Shown: positions 17,843-28,285, counted from the stretch's first letter. The stretch is DNA of 64,000 nt from Nocardioides sp. (GCA_025924815.1 JAICHQ010000002.1:13801-77800), one strand, 5' to 3'. Notes: generated by a model from the sequence alone, not told the origin. Translations and numbers: made by a program.

Positions 17843-19417
17843 GTGAGCTCCGAGATGCACCCGACCCGGTGGGGCGACCCGTCCCGCGCCGCCGCGCTGA
17901 GCCCCCAGGCCCGCGGGCTGGTCGAGCTGGTCTTCACCGTCGCCGACCGCACCGTGGCCGAGGGAGCGCCGGTGACGCTCCCCCCGCCCGCGCTGCCGGA
18001 CGACGTACTGGCCGCCTTGGTCGCGGTCGTCGGACCCGAGCACGTGCTCACCGACGACGCATCGCGCCGCCTCCGCACGCGCGGCAAGTCGACGTCCGAC
18101 CTGCTGCGGGCCCGCGCGGGCGACCTGACCGACGCGCCGGACGCCCTCGTCCGCCCCGCGGACCACGACGAGGTCCAGGCGGTGCTCGGCGTGGCCCGGC
18201 GGCACCGGGTCGCGGTCGTGCCGTTCGGCGGCGGCACGTCCGTGGTCGGCGGACTCGTCGCTCGGCGCGAGGGATACGCCGGGGTGGTCAGCCTCGACCT
18301 GGTCCGGATGAAGCGGCTCCTGGACGTCGACCCGGTCTCGATGACCGCGACCCTGGAGCCGGGACTGCGCGGCCCCGAGGCGGAGGCCCTGCTCGCCGAG
18401 CACGCGATGACCCTGGGCCACTTCCCGCAGTCGTTCGAGTACGCCTCGATCGGCGGCTTCGCGGCCACCCGCTCGAGCGGGCAGTCGTCGGCCGGCTACG
18501 GGCGGTTCGACGACCTGGTCGTCGGACTGGTCGTGGCGACGCCGATCGGTGCGGTTCGGCTCGGGCGCGGGCCGGCGAGCGCGGCCGGGCCCGACCTGCG
18601 CCAGCTCTTCCTCGGCTCGGAGGGGGCCTACGGCGTGATCACGGCGGTGACCGTGCGGGTGCGCGCGCTGCCGACGGAGAGGGTCTACGAGGGCTGGCGC
18701 TGGCCGTCGTTCGACGCCGGCGCCGAGGCGATGCGGACCCTGGCCCAGGCCCAGCTGCTGCCGACCGTGCTGCGGCTGTCCGACGAGAACGAGACGGTCC
18801 TCGACCTGGCCGACCCGGCCTCGGTCGGCGCCTCGACCTCCGCGGGCTGCCTGATGATCGTGGGGTTCGAGGGGACGTCGACCGCGGTGGACGCACGGCG
18901 CTCGGCGGTGACCGCGGTGCTGACCCGGCTGGGTGGGGAGCCGGCAGGGGAGGAGCCGGGCCGCGCGTGGGTCGCCGGCCGCTTCGGCGCGCCGTACCTC
19001 CGCGACTCGATGCTCGACGCCGGCGTGCTGGTGGAGACGCTCGAGACCGCGACCTCGTGGGCACGGCTGCGCGGGACCTACGACGCCGTCGCGACCGCGC
19101 TGACCGGGTCTCTCGGCGAGCCCGTGATGGTGCTCTGCCACATCTCGCACGTCTACGAGACCGGCGCCTCGCTGTACTTCACGGTGGCCGCGCCCGAAGG
19201 TGCCGACGCGCTCGGCCGGTGGTCCGACGCGAAGCGGGCCGCGACCGACGCGATCGTCGCCGCGGGCGCCACCATCACCCATCACCATGCGGTCGGCACC
19301 GACCACCGGCCCTGGCTCGAGGACGAGGTCGGAGCAGTGGGGGTGGCGGTACTGCGCGCGGTCAAGCAGGCGGTCGACCCGGACGGGATCCTCAACCCCG
19401 GCGTGCTCGTGCCCTGA
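17843..19417 (+). CDS. FAD-binding oxidoreductase, alkyl-dihydroxyacetonephosphate synthase-like
   Basis: PFGGGTSV, GHFPQSFEYASIGG, GSEG, THHHAVG, LNPG. Confidence 0.88.
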   Translation: MSSEMHPTRWGDPSRAAALSPQARGLVELVFTVADRTVAEGAPVTLPPPALPDDVLAALVAVVGPEHVLTDDASRRLRTRGKSTSDLLRARAGDLTDAPDALVRPADHDEVQAVLGVARRHRVAVVPFGGGTSVVGGLVARREGYAGVVSLDLVRMKRLLDVDPVSMTATLEPGLRGPEAEALLAEHAMTLGHFPQSFEYASIGGFAATRSSGQSSAGYGRFDDLVVGLVVATPIGAVRLGRGPASAAGPDLRQLFLGSEGAYGVITAVTVRVRALPTERVYEGWRWPSFDAGAEAMRTLAQAQLLPTVLRLSDENETVLDLADPASVGASTSAGCLMIVGFEGTSTAVDARRSAVTAVLTRLGGEPAGEEPGRAWVAGRFGAPYLRDSMLDAGVLVETLETATSWARLRGTYDAVATALTGSLGEPVMVLCHISHVYETGASLYFTVAAPEGADALGRWSDAKRAATDAIVAAGATITHHHAVGTDHRPWLEDEVGAVGVAVLRAVKQAVDPDGILNPGVLVP

Positions 19418-20092
19418 TCACGCGTCGAACGACCACACCAGCAGCTGGGTCTGGACCCCGGCGGTCACGGCGAGGTCGTGGTCGCCGGTGACCTCGAACG
19501 CGTCGCCGGCCGCGAGCGGCTCGGCCAGGCTCGAGCGGACCAGGGCGCCCGTCGCGACGAAGACATGCCGACGGCGCGCCTGCGGGACGCGGACGGAGGC
19601 GCCGGCCGGGAGGTCGGCCAGCCGGAACGCCGCTCCGGCGATCCCGAGCTCGCCCTCGTCCGCGACCACGACGAGGTCTCCCCCACCGAGGTCCGGTGCG
19701 GTGGTACGCCGGTGCGGCCCACCCCCCGGCGCGTCGGGTCGCAGCCAGGCCTGGACGAAGCGCGTCGCCACCCCGTCGGCCCGCTCGCTGTGCGTGATGC
19801 CCGAGCCCGTCCGGGTGATCGCCAGCTCGCCCGCCGGCTGCGGCACGCATCCGCCGGCGTCCTCGTGAGCCAGCCTGCCGGTGACCACCCAGGTGACCAG
19901 CACGACGTCGCGGTGCTCGTGCGCGTCGTACCCGGCGGCGGATCCCAGCAGCTCGTCGTTGAGGGCGAACAGCGGACCGAACCCGACCCGCTCGGGGTCG
20001 TAGGAGGACCCGAACGAGAAGGAGTGGCGGACCAGACGCCCCTGCTCCCGGGTCACGAACCGGTCCATTCCCCTTCGAACCACTACCGTCAC
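19418..20092 (-). CDS. Pirin family (cupin) protein (alternative start 20098)
   Basis: HSFSFG.YDP, HEHRD, GSGITHSE, FVQAW. Confidence 0.85.
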   Translation of the reverse strand: MTVVVRRGMDRFVTREQGRLVRHSFSFGSSYDPERVGFGPLFALNDELLGSAAGYDAHEHRDVVLVTWVVTGRLAHEDAGGCVPQPAGELAITRTGSGITHSERADGVATRFVQAWLRPDAPGGGPHRRTTAPDLGGGDLVVVADEGELGIAGAAFRLADLPAGASVRVPQARRRHVFVATGALVRSSLAEPLAAGDAFEVTGDHDLAVTAGVQTQLLVWSFDA

Positions 20093-20108
20093 CGACACAA
20101 TGATCCCC

Positions 20109-21446
20109 GTGGCTCACCCTCTGCTCCCACCGGGCTTCCGGTTCGGGGCCAGCACCTCGTCGTACCAGATCGAAGGGGCGGCCGGCGAGGACGGCAAGGG
20201 TCCCAGCATCTGGGACACGTTCAGCCACGAGCCGGGGAGGATCGCGGACGGCTCCACCGGTGACGTCGCGTGCGACCACTACCACCGGCTCGACGAGGAC
20301 CTCGACCTGATGCAGCGGCTGGGTCTCGGCGGCTACCGGTTCTCGATCTCCTGGCCGCGGGTCCTGCCGACGGGGTCGGGCCACCCCAACGAGGCGGGAC
20401 TCGGCTTCTACGAGCGGCTGGTGGACGGGCTCCTGGCGCGCGGCATCCAGCCGATGGCGACGCTCTTCCACTGGGACCTGCCGCAGGAGCTGGAGGACGC
20501 GGGCGGCTGGCTGAACCGCGACACGGCCGACCGGTTCGCGGAGTACGCCGCGCTGGTGGGCGAGCGCCTGTCCGACCGGGTCGAGCACTGGATCCCGGTC
20601 AACGAGCCCAACGTGGTGACCATGCTCGGCTACGGCAACGGCGTCCACGCGCCCGGCAAGGCGCTCGGGTTCGACGCGCTGCCCGTCGCCCACCATCTGC
20701 TGCTCGCCCACGGACGGGCCGCGATCGCCCTGCGTGCGGCCGGAGCGGCCAGCATCGGCTGCGCCAACAACCACGCCCCGATGTGGCCGGCCAGCGAGGA
20801 CGAGGCCGACGTCGGCGCCTCCAAGCTCTTCGACGCGCTGTGGAACGGGATGTTCTCCGAGCCGATGCTGTTCGGCCGCTACCCCCTCGACCTCGCGCCG
20901 CTCGTGGAGCCCGTCGTGCAGGCCGGCGACCTGGCGACCATCCGCCAGCCCCTCGACTTCTACGGGGTGAACTACTACAACCCGATGCGCATCGCGGCCG
21001 CCGACGAGGACGCGCCGATGCCGTTCGAGCCGCTGGAGATCCTCGGCTACCCGACCACCGACAGCGGCTGGCCGGTCGTGCCGGACGCCCTGCGCGAGTG
21101 GCTGATCACCCTGCGGGCCCGCTACCGCGCGGCTCTTCCGCCGATCGTGATCACCGAGTCGGGCTGCTCCTACGGCACGGAGCCGGATGCCGACGGCGTC
21201 GTCGATGACCAGGCGCGCATCGACTATCTGGACGCCCATCTCCGTGCCGTCGCGGTCGCCGTGCGCGCGGGCGTCGACGTCCGCGGCTTCTACACCTGGT
21301 CGTTGATGGACAACTTCGAGTGGGCCGAGGGCTGCACCCAGCGCTTCGGGCTCGTGCACGTCGACTACGGCACCCAGGTCCGCACGCCCAAGCGGTCCTT
21401 CGACTGGTACGCCGAGACGATCCGGGTCCAGCCACCCGACAACTGA
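20109..21446 (+). CDS. Glycoside hydrolase family 1 beta-glucosidase (alternative start 20100)
   Basis: SSYQIEG, DHYHR, NEP acid/base, ITESG nucleophile, WSLMDNFEW. Confidence 0.95.
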   Translation: MAHPLLPPGFRFGASTSSYQIEGAAGEDGKGPSIWDTFSHEPGRIADGSTGDVACDHYHRLDEDLDLMQRLGLGGYRFSISWPRVLPTGSGHPNEAGLGFYERLVDGLLARGIQPMATLFHWDLPQELEDAGGWLNRDTADRFAEYAALVGERLSDRVEHWIPVNEPNVVTMLGYGNGVHAPGKALGFDALPVAHHLLLAHGRAAIALRAAGAASIGCANNHAPMWPASEDEADVGASKLFDALWNGMFSEPMLFGRYPLDLAPLVEPVVQAGDLATIRQPLDFYGVNYYNPMRIAAADEDAPMPFEPLEILGYPTTDSGWPVVPDALREWLITLRARYRAALPPIVITESGCSYGTEPDADGVVDDQARIDYLDAHLRAVAVAVRAGVDVRGFYTWSLMDNFEWAEGCTQRFGLVHVDYGTQVRTPKRSFDWYAETIRVQPPDN

Positions 21447-21449
21447 CCG

Positions 21450-21473
21450 CCGAGTCGTCCGGTGCCGACTCGG
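21450..21473. terminator. Hairpin CCGAGTCG-N8-CGACTCGG between convergent genes
   Basis: Inverted repeat between the GH1 and ugd stop codons. Confidence 0.55.
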
Positions 21474-21480
21474 TCGAACG

Positions 21481-22794
21481 CTAGCGGCGACCGACCGCGC
21501 GGACGGTCCAGCCGGCGGAGCGCCACGCGTCGAGGTCCAGCACGTTGCGTCCGTCGAACAGGCGCGGGTGCGCAACGACGCCCTCGAGGTCGTCGGGGGT
21601 GATCTCCCGGAACTCGGGCCACTCGGTCAGGTGAAGCACCAGGTCGGCGTCGCGGCAGGCGTCGACCGCGCTGTCGGCGTACGCCAGGGTCGGGAAGCTG
21701 AGCCGCGCGGTCTCGCCCGCGCGCGGGTCGTAGACCCGGACGTCGGCCCCTCGCAGGTGGAGCTGACCCGCGGCCCACAGGGCGGGTGAGTCGCGCACGT
21801 CGTCGCTGTCGGGCTTGAACGCGGCGCCCCACACCGCGATCCGCCGGCCGGCGAGCTCGCCGCCCACCATCGCGGCGGCCACGTGGACGACCCGCTCGCG
21901 CTGGCGCTGGTTCACGTCGTCGACGTGCCGCAGGAAGGTCATCGCGTCCTCGACGCCCAGCTCACCGGCCCGGTGGACGAAGGCGCGGATGTCCTTGGGC
22001 AGGCAGCCGCCGCCGAAGCCGATGCCGGCGTTGAGGAAGTGGCGTCCGATCCGGGCATCGTGGCCGATCGCGTCCGCGAGGTCGACGACGTCCGCGCCGG
22101 TCACCTCGCAGACCTCCGCCATCGCGTTGACGAACGAGATCTTGGTGGCCAGGAACGCGTTGGCCGCGACCTTGACCAGCTCGGCGGTCGCGTAGTCGGT
22201 GACCAGGAACGGCGAGCCCGCGTCGATCATCGGGGCGTAGAAGTCGCGCAGCAGCTTCTCGGCCCGTCCGCTCGGGGTGCCGACCACGATCCGGTCGGGA
22301 TGCAGCGTGTCCCGTACGGCGTAGCCCTCGCGGAGGAACTCCGGGTTCCACGCGAGCAGGGCCTCGTCTCCCGCAGGTGCGAGGGTCGTGAGCCGGGCCG
22401 CCATCCGCTCGGCGGTCCCGACCGGCACCGTCGACTTGCCGACCACCAGGCTCGGCCGGTCGAGATGGGGGGCGAGGCCCTCGATCGCGGTGGCGACCTG
22501 GCCCACGTCGGCGGCCAGGCTCCCGGGCTGCTGCGGCGTACCGACGCATACGAAGTGCAGCTCCCCGAAGGCGGCGACCTCGGCGTAGGAGTCGGTGAAC
22601 CGTAGCCTGCCCGAGCCGACGTTGCGCTGCAGCATCTCGCCCAGGTGCGGCTCGTACATCGATACCTGCCCCTGGGCGAGGGACGCGCGCTTGACCGGGT
22701 CGATCTCCATGCCGAGGACCTCGTGGCCGAGCTCGGCCATCGTCGCCGCTTGGGTGGCCCCGAGGTATCCACAACCGATGACGGTGATCCGCAT
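21481..22794 (-). CDS. ugd: UDP-glucose 6-dehydrogenase
   Basis: GCGYLG, KSTVPVGT, NPEFLREG, GFGGGCLPKD, FKPDSDDVRDSP. Confidence 0.95.
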   Translation of the reverse strand: MRITVIGCGYLGATQAATMAELGHEVLGMEIDPVKRASLAQGQVSMYEPHLGEMLQRNVGSGRLRFTDSYAEVAAFGELHFVCVGTPQQPGSLAADVGQVATAIEGLAPHLDRPSLVVGKSTVPVGTAERMAARLTTLAPAGDEALLAWNPEFLREGYAVRDTLHPDRIVVGTPSGRAEKLLRDFYAPMIDAGSPFLVTDYATAELVKVAANAFLATKISFVNAMAEVCEVTGADVVDLADAIGHDARIGRHFLNAGIGFGGGCLPKDIRAFVHRAGELGVEDAMTFLRHVDDVNQRQRERVVHVAAAMVGGELAGRRIAVWGAAFKPDSDDVRDSPALWAAGQLHLRGADVRVYDPRAGETARLSFPTLAYADSAVDACRDADLVLHLTEWPEFREITPDDLEGVVAHPRLFDGRNVLDLDAWRSAGWTVRAVGRR

Positions 22795-22896
22795 GGCGGC
22801 GAGTCTAGGGAGCGGCGGCCCGACGCCGTCAGTCACCGGTTCCACGAGGAGAGCGCCCACCGCCACCGACGGCCGGGGGTGGCTAGCATGCGGGGC

Positions 22897-23766
22897 ATGC
22901 GCACGCCTCGAACGGCTGCCGTGCTCGTTCCGCTCATGCTTCTCGCGCTCGGGTGCGCGCCGCAGGACAGCTCGGCAACGGCCACCGACACCAGCAGCCA
23001 GCCCACGGGCCAGACCGCCGCCGACTGCGCCTCGGGCAAGACCCTGAAGCCCGACGTGCTCACCATCGGCACCGACTCGCCGGCGTACGACCCCTGGTTC
23101 GCCCACAACGACCCCAGCAACGGCAAGGGCTACGAGTCCGCCGTGGCGTACGCCGTGGCCAAGCAGCTCGGGTTCCAGAACAGCGCCGTGACCTGGACCA
23201 AGGTGCCGTTCAACAGCTCCTACGCGCCGGGGCCGAAGCACTTCGACTTCGACATCAACCAGATCTCGATCACCAGCGCCCGGGCCAAGGTCGTCGACTT
23301 CTCCGACGGCTACTACTCGGCGGCCCAGGCGATCATCGCGGTGAAGGGCTCGCCGGCGGCGCAGGCCACCAGCCTGGCCGACCTCAAGCCGTTCAAGATC
23401 GGCGCCCAGACCGGCACGACCTCGCTGACCGCGATCCGTGACCAGATCCAGCCGAACAGCGACGCGGTGGTCTTCAAGAACACCAACGACGCCAAGACCG
23501 CCCTCGCCAACGGACAGGTCGACGCGATCGTCGCCGACCTGCCGACCGCCTTCTACCTGGTCGCGGTCGAGATCGACCACGGCACGATCGTCGGCCAGTT
23601 CCCGAGCACCGGAGAGCCCGAGCAGTTCGGGATGCTGTTCGCGAAGGGCAACCCGCTGGTCGGATGCGTGAACCAGGCCCTGGCGACGATCAAGGAGAAC
23701 GGCACGCTGGCCGCGATCGAGAAGAAGTGGCTCAGCGACACCGTGAACGTCCCCGTCCTGAAGTGA
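22897..23766 (+). CDS. Polar amino-acid ABC transporter substrate-binding lipoprotein
   Basis: Lipobox ALGC; DINQISIT..R...DFS.GY; GAQTGTT. Confidence 0.9.
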   Translation: MRTPRTAAVLVPLMLLALGCAPQDSSATATDTSSQPTGQTAADCASGKTLKPDVLTIGTDSPAYDPWFAHNDPSNGKGYESAVAYAVAKQLGFQNSAVTWTKVPFNSSYAPGPKHFDFDINQISITSARAKVVDFSDGYYSAAQAIIAVKGSPAAQATSLADLKPFKIGAQTGTTSLTAIRDQIQPNSDAVVFKNTNDAKTALANGQVDAIVADLPTAFYLVAVEIDHGTIVGQFPSTGEPEQFGMLFAKGNPLVGCVNQALATIKENGTLAAIEKKWLSDTVNVPVLK

Positions 23767-24626
23767 GCACGCCGGTCGAAGACTGGGTCCCCAGCGCGCG
23801 CGAGGTCGAACGGCGAGGGCTGCGGCGCGAGCGGTCCCGACGCGATCTCGCCGTCGCGACGGTCGCGGCTGTCGTCGTCATCGGCGGGCTCGTGGTGGGG
23901 CTGGTGCTGTCGCCCGGGTGGCCGACCGTCCGCGCGTCGTTCCTCAGCTGGCCCGACGCGAAGGCGTCGTTCCACGCCGTGATCACCGGGTTCTTGAAGT
24001 ACAACGTGACCGGCTTCCTGATCGCCGAGCCCTTCATCCTCGCGATCGGGGTGCTCGTCGCGGTGACCCGCGGCACCGTCTCGGCGGCCATGTTCCCGCT
24101 GCGGGTGCTGGCGATCGTCTACACCGACGTGTTCCGCGGCCTGCCGACGTACCTGGTGATCATCCTCTTCGGCTTCGCCCTGCCCGGGCTCCAGCTGCAA
24201 GGGGTCCCGAAGAACACGTTCTGGCTCGGCCTGGTGGCGCTCGTGCTCTGTTACGGCGCGTACGTCGCGGAGGTGTTCCGCGCCGGCATCGAGTCGATCC
24301 ACCCGTCGCAGATCGCCAGCGCGGACACGCTCGGGCTGACCCGCGGACAGGCGATGCGGCACGTCGTGCTCCCGCAGGCCACGCGCCGGGTGATGCCGCC
24401 GCTGCTCAACGACTTCATCTCCCTGCAGAAGGACACCGCCCTGCTCGGCACGATCTTCATCTTCGACGGGCTCTTCGCCGCGCAGGACTACGCGGCGTAC
24501 GCGTTCAACTACACGCCGATCACCATGGTGGGGGCGATGTTCTTGTGCCTGACCGTCCCCCTGACCCGCTTCACCGACTGGGTCGGGCGACGGGCGATGC
24601 GCCGGCAGTTCGCGGGATCGCGGTGA
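23763..24626 (+). CDS. Polar amino-acid ABC transporter permease
   Basis: YTDVFRGLP, AYVAEVFRAGI, VLPQA, KDTAL. GTGA overlap. Confidence 0.92.
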   Translation: MSTPVEDWVPSAREVERRGLRRERSRRDLAVATVAAVVVIGGLVVGLVLSPGWPTVRASFLSWPDAKASFHAVITGFLKYNVTGFLIAEPFILAIGVLVAVTRGTVSAAMFPLRVLAIVYTDVFRGLPTYLVIILFGFALPGLQLQGVPKNTFWLGLVALVLCYGAYVAEVFRAGIESIHPSQIASADTLGLTRGQAMRHVVLPQATRRVMPPLLNDFISLQKDTALLGTIFIFDGLFAAQDYAAYAFNYTPITMVGAMFLCLTVPLTRFTDWVGRRAMRRQFAGSR

Positions 24627-25366
24627 GCGACGCGCTGCTCGAGGTCACCGGGCTCCGCAAGTCCTACGGCGACAAGGTCGTCCTCTCCGGGATCGACCTG
24701 ACCGTCGCGCCGCACGACGTGATCTGCCTGATCGGCGCCTCGGGCTCGGGCAAGTCGACCCTGCTGCGCTGCCTGAACCTGCTCGAGGACATCGACGACG
24801 GCGTCATCGAGTTCGAGGGCTCCGAGATCTCCGACCCGCGGGTCGACCGGCGTGCGGTGCGGAGCCGGATGGGGATGGTGTTCCAGGCCTACAACCTGTT
24901 CCCCCACCGGACCGTGCTCGAGAACTGCACCCTCGCTCCGCGCCGGGTCCACGGCGTACCGAAGGCGGAGGCGGAGGCCCGGGCGCGCGACCTGCTGGGG
25001 CAGTTCGGCCTGGCCGACCAGGCGGACAAGCACCCGGACCGGATGTCGGGCGGACAGCAGCAGCGCGCTGCGCTCGTGCGCGCCCTGTGCACCAGGCCGA
25101 CGCTGTTGCTGCTCGACGAGATCACCGCCGCCCTCGACCCCGAGCTGGTCGGCGAGGTGCTGACGATCGTGCGCGAGCTGGCCGAGCAGGGCACCACGAT
25201 GATCCTGGCGACCCACGAGATGGCGTTCGCCCGCGACGTCGCCACCCGCGTGTGCTTCCTCGACCAGGGGCGGATCCTCGAGCAGGGGCCGCCGGCCGAC
25301 ATCTTCAGCAACCCGCGCGAGGAGCGGACCCGCCAGTTCCTGGCCCGCGTCCTGCCGGCCGGCTGA
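24623..25366 (+). CDS. Polar amino-acid ABC transporter ATP-binding protein
   Basis: GASGSGKST, MSGGQQQR, LLDE..ALDPE, THEM. Confidence 0.94.
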   Translation: MSDALLEVTGLRKSYGDKVVLSGIDLTVAPHDVICLIGASGSGKSTLLRCLNLLEDIDDGVIEFEGSEISDPRVDRRAVRSRMGMVFQAYNLFPHRTVLENCTLAPRRVHGVPKAEAEARARDLLGQFGLADQADKHPDRMSGGQQQRAALVRALCTRPTLLLLDEITAALDPELVGEVLTIVRELAEQGTTMILATHEMAFARDVATRVCFLDQGRILEQGPPADIFSNPREERTRQFLARVLPAG

Positions 25367-25385
25367 GCGCAGGCATGATCCAGGC

Positions 25386-26549
25386 ATGACCATCGACCTC
25401 GGACAGGGGACCGGACCGCTGCGGGGCGTGCGGGTGGTCGAGCTCGCCGGGATCGGGCCGGGCCCGCACGCGTGCATGATCCTGGCCGACCTGGGCGCCG
25501 ACGTCATCCGTGTCGACCGGCCGGGCGGGCAGGCGCTCACCGGCGGCCCGCACGACCTGCTCAACCGCGGCCGGCCCAGCGTCGCGCTCGACCTCAAGCA
25601 TCCCGAGGCCGTCGCGACGGTGCTCGACCTCGTCGCCGGGGCCGACGTCCTCGTCGAGGGCCTGCGACCCGGCACGACCGAGCGGCTCGGCCTGGGGCCC
25701 GACGACTGCCTGGCCCGCAACCCGCGCCTGGTCTACGGCCGGATGACCGGCTGGGGCCAGACCGGGCCGCTGGCCCGCACGGCCGGCCACGACCTGGGGT
25801 ACGTCGCGATCGCCGGAGCCCTGTTCGGCCAGGGTCAGGACAAGGCCCGGCCGCACTTCCCGACCAACCTGATCGGCGACTTCGGCGGCGGGTCGACGTA
25901 CCTGGTGATCGGGATCCTGGCCGCCCTCCTGGAGTCGCGGCTGTCGGGCCAGGGGCAGGTGGTCGACGCGGCGATCGTCGACGGCACCGCCCACCTCAAC
26001 GCGATGGCCACGGGCCTCCTGGCCGGCGGGCTGCTGCGCGAGGAGCGTGCGGCCAACCTGCTCGACGGCGGCACGCCGTTCTACGACCTCTACGAGACCG
26101 CCGACGGCGGGCACCTCGCCGTCGGTGCGCTCGAGCCCCAGTTCTACGACGCGCTGGTCGCCGGGCTCGGAGTCGCCGACACCGCGCCAGACCGCAACGA
26201 CCCCGCACACCACCCCGAGCTGCGCCGGGTGATCGGCGACGCGGTCCGCGGCCGCACCCAGGCCGAGTGGGTCGAGGTCTTCGCCGGTACCGACGCGTGC
26301 GTCGCGCCCGTGCTTCCGATGACCGAGGCGTTCGTGCACCCGCACCTGGTGGCCCGCGAGACCTTCGTCGAGCGTGACGGCACGATCCAGCCGGCCCCTG
26401 CTCCACGGTTCTCCCGGACGCCGCCGAGCCTGACGACGCCGCCCCCGTCGCGGGCCGGCGCCCAGACCCGCGAGGCCCTGACCGCCTGGGGCATCGCCGA
26501 CGTCGAGCGCCTGGTCGCCTCGGGCGCGGCGGTCCAGGCCGATGGCTGA
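25386..26549 (+). CDS. CaiB/BaiF CoA-transferase family, alpha-methylacyl-CoA racemase-like
   Basis: ELAGIGPGP, MTGWGQTGP, AGHD, GDFGGG, PAPAPRFS. Confidence 0.9.
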   Translation: MTIDLGQGTGPLRGVRVVELAGIGPGPHACMILADLGADVIRVDRPGGQALTGGPHDLLNRGRPSVALDLKHPEAVATVLDLVAGADVLVEGLRPGTTERLGLGPDDCLARNPRLVYGRMTGWGQTGPLARTAGHDLGYVAIAGALFGQGQDKARPHFPTNLIGDFGGGSTYLVIGILAALLESRLSGQGQVVDAAIVDGTAHLNAMATGLLAGGLLREERAANLLDGGTPFYDLYETADGGHLAVGALEPQFYDALVAGLGVADTAPDRNDPAHHPELRRVIGDAVRGRTQAEWVEVFAGTDACVAPVLPMTEAFVHPHLVARETFVERDGTIQPAPAPRFSRTPPSLTTPPPSRAGAQTREALTAWGIADVERLVASGAAVQADG

Positions 26550-27996
26550 GCGACCGGCCGTCGAGCACGTCGACGTCCTGGTCATCGGGGCCGGGCTCTC
26601 CGGCATCGGCGCCGCGGCGCACCTGACCCGCGAGCTGCCGCACACGTCGTACGTCGTGCTCGAGGCGCGCGAGGTGAGCGGCGGCACCTGGGACCTGTTC
26701 CGTTACCCCGGGGTCCGGTCCGACTCCGACATGTACACGATGGGCTACCGGTTCCGGCCGTGGCGGCACCCGGAGGCGCTCGGCTCGGGCGAGCGGATCC
26801 TGGAGTACCTGCGCGACACTGCGCAGGAGTACGAGGTGGAGCGGCGCATCCGCTACTCCCACCGGGTCGTGCGCGCCTCGTGGGACACCGCGACTGCCAT
26901 GTGGACGGTGGAGGCGGACCACGACGGCGAGACGGTGACGTTCACCGCCGGGCTGGTCTGGGCCTGCCGCGGCTACTACGACTACGAGCGCGGCCACGAG
27001 CCCGAGTTCGCCGGCGCCGAGGAGTTCCGCGGCCGGATCGTCCACCCCCAGCACTGGCCGGCCGACCTCGACTGGACCGGACGGGAGGTCGTGGTGATCG
27101 GCAGCGGCGCGACGGCGATGACCGTCGTGCCGGCGATGGCCGCGCAGGCGGCCCACGTGACGATGCTGCAGCGCTCGCCGACGTACGTGATGAGCCTGCC
27201 GCGGCGCGACCCCTTCGCGGCGCGCGCCGGGAGGTGGCTGCCGGAACGGCTCGCCCATCAGGTCGTGCGCTGGAAGAGCATCGTGGTGCAGACCGCCTTC
27301 TACCGGCTCGCGCGCAGCAGGCCGGCGTTGGTCCGGCGGCTGATCCGCCGGCAGAACCTCGCGCAGCTGCCCGAGGGGTACGACGTCGACACGCACTTCA
27401 CGCCGGACTACCAGCCGTGGGACCAGCGGATGTGCTTCGTGCCCGACGCCGACCTCTTCCAGGCGGTCCGCCGCGGCGACGTCGACATCGTGACGTCGAC
27501 GATCGAGCGGTTCGACGCCGACGGCGTCGTGCTGACCGGCGGGCGGCATCTGCGCGCCGACGTGGTCGTGACCGCCACCGGCCTGACCCTGTCGCCGTTC
27601 GGCGGCATCGAGCTGGTCGTCGACGGCGAGAAGATCGACCCCTCGCGGTCGATGACCTATCGCGCGCTGATGCTCAGCGGGGTCCCGAACTTCGTGTTCA
27701 CCGTCGGCTACACGAACGCGTCGTGGACGCTGAAGGTCGACCTGGTCGCGGAGTTCACCACACGTCTGCTGACCCACATGTCCCGACACGGCCACCGGCG
27801 CGTCGTACCCCGGGCCGACCCGACGGTGGGCGAGGTGCCGCTGATGGACCTCACCTCGGGCTATGTCGTCCGGGCGCTCGACCAGCTCCCGCACCAGGGG
27901 GACCGCGACCCGTGGCGGCTGCGCCAGAGCTATCTGCGCGACCGGCGCACGATCCGCCGCGTGTCCCTCGACGACGGCGTCCTCGAGTTCTCCTGA
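26542..27996 (+). CDS. Flavin-containing (EthA-like Baeyer-Villiger) monooxygenase
   Basis: GAGLSG, GGTWDLFRYPG.RSDS, F.G..VHPQHWP, GSGATA. Confidence 0.92.
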   Translation: MAERPAVEHVDVLVIGAGLSGIGAAAHLTRELPHTSYVVLEAREVSGGTWDLFRYPGVRSDSDMYTMGYRFRPWRHPEALGSGERILEYLRDTAQEYEVERRIRYSHRVVRASWDTATAMWTVEADHDGETVTFTAGLVWACRGYYDYERGHEPEFAGAEEFRGRIVHPQHWPADLDWTGREVVVIGSGATAMTVVPAMAAQAAHVTMLQRSPTYVMSLPRRDPFAARAGRWLPERLAHQVVRWKSIVVQTAFYRLARSRPALVRRLIRRQNLAQLPEGYDVDTHFTPDYQPWDQRMCFVPDADLFQAVRRGDVDIVTSTIERFDADGVVLTGGRHLRADVVVTATGLTLSPFGGIELVVDGEKIDPSRSMTYRALMLSGVPNFVFTVGYTNASWTLKVDLVAEFTTRLLTHMSRHGHRRVVPRADPTVGEVPLMDLTSGYVVRALDQLPHQGDRDPWRLRQSYLRDRRTIRRVSLDDGVLEFS

Positions 27997-28008
27997 GGGC
28001 GCCGCGGC

Positions 28009-28033
28009 GCATACGGCGCGCAGCGACGGGTAC
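28009..28033 (+). promoter_or_regulatory. SigB/SigF-type promoter (GCAT-N15-GGGTAC) upstream of csbD
   Basis: Fits GNNT-N15-GGGTAC; csbD is a typical general-stress target. Confidence 0.55.
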
Positions 28034-28079
28034 GAGATCGGCGTACGACGCGACGCACCGCTAGCTGAAGGAGCAGACC

Positions 28080-28274
28080 GTGGGACTCGACGACAAGGTC
28101 CAGAACGAGGCGGAGGACGCCAAGGGCAAGGCCAAGGAAGCCGCCGGCGCCGCCACCGGGAACGACAGCATGAAGGCCGAGGGCAGGGGCGACCAAGGAC
28201 GGGCGAGCGCGAAGGAGGCCGGCCGCCACGTCAAGGAGGCCGGCAAGAGCGTCAAGGACACCTTCACGTCCTGA
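28080..28274 (+). CDS. csbD: CsbD family general stress protein
   Basis: KGKAKEAAG.ATGN...AEG..DQ. AAGGAG RBS. Confidence 0.9.
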   Translation: MGLDDKVQNEAEDAKGKAKEAAGAATGNDSMKAEGRGDQGRASAKEAGRHVKEAGKSVKDTFTS

Positions 28275-28285
28275 CCACCGACGCG

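Noticed and set aside
21150-21165. GH1 nucleophile motif ITESG instead of ITENG
   Set aside because: The catalytic Glu is retained; a minor variant, not evidence of inactivation.
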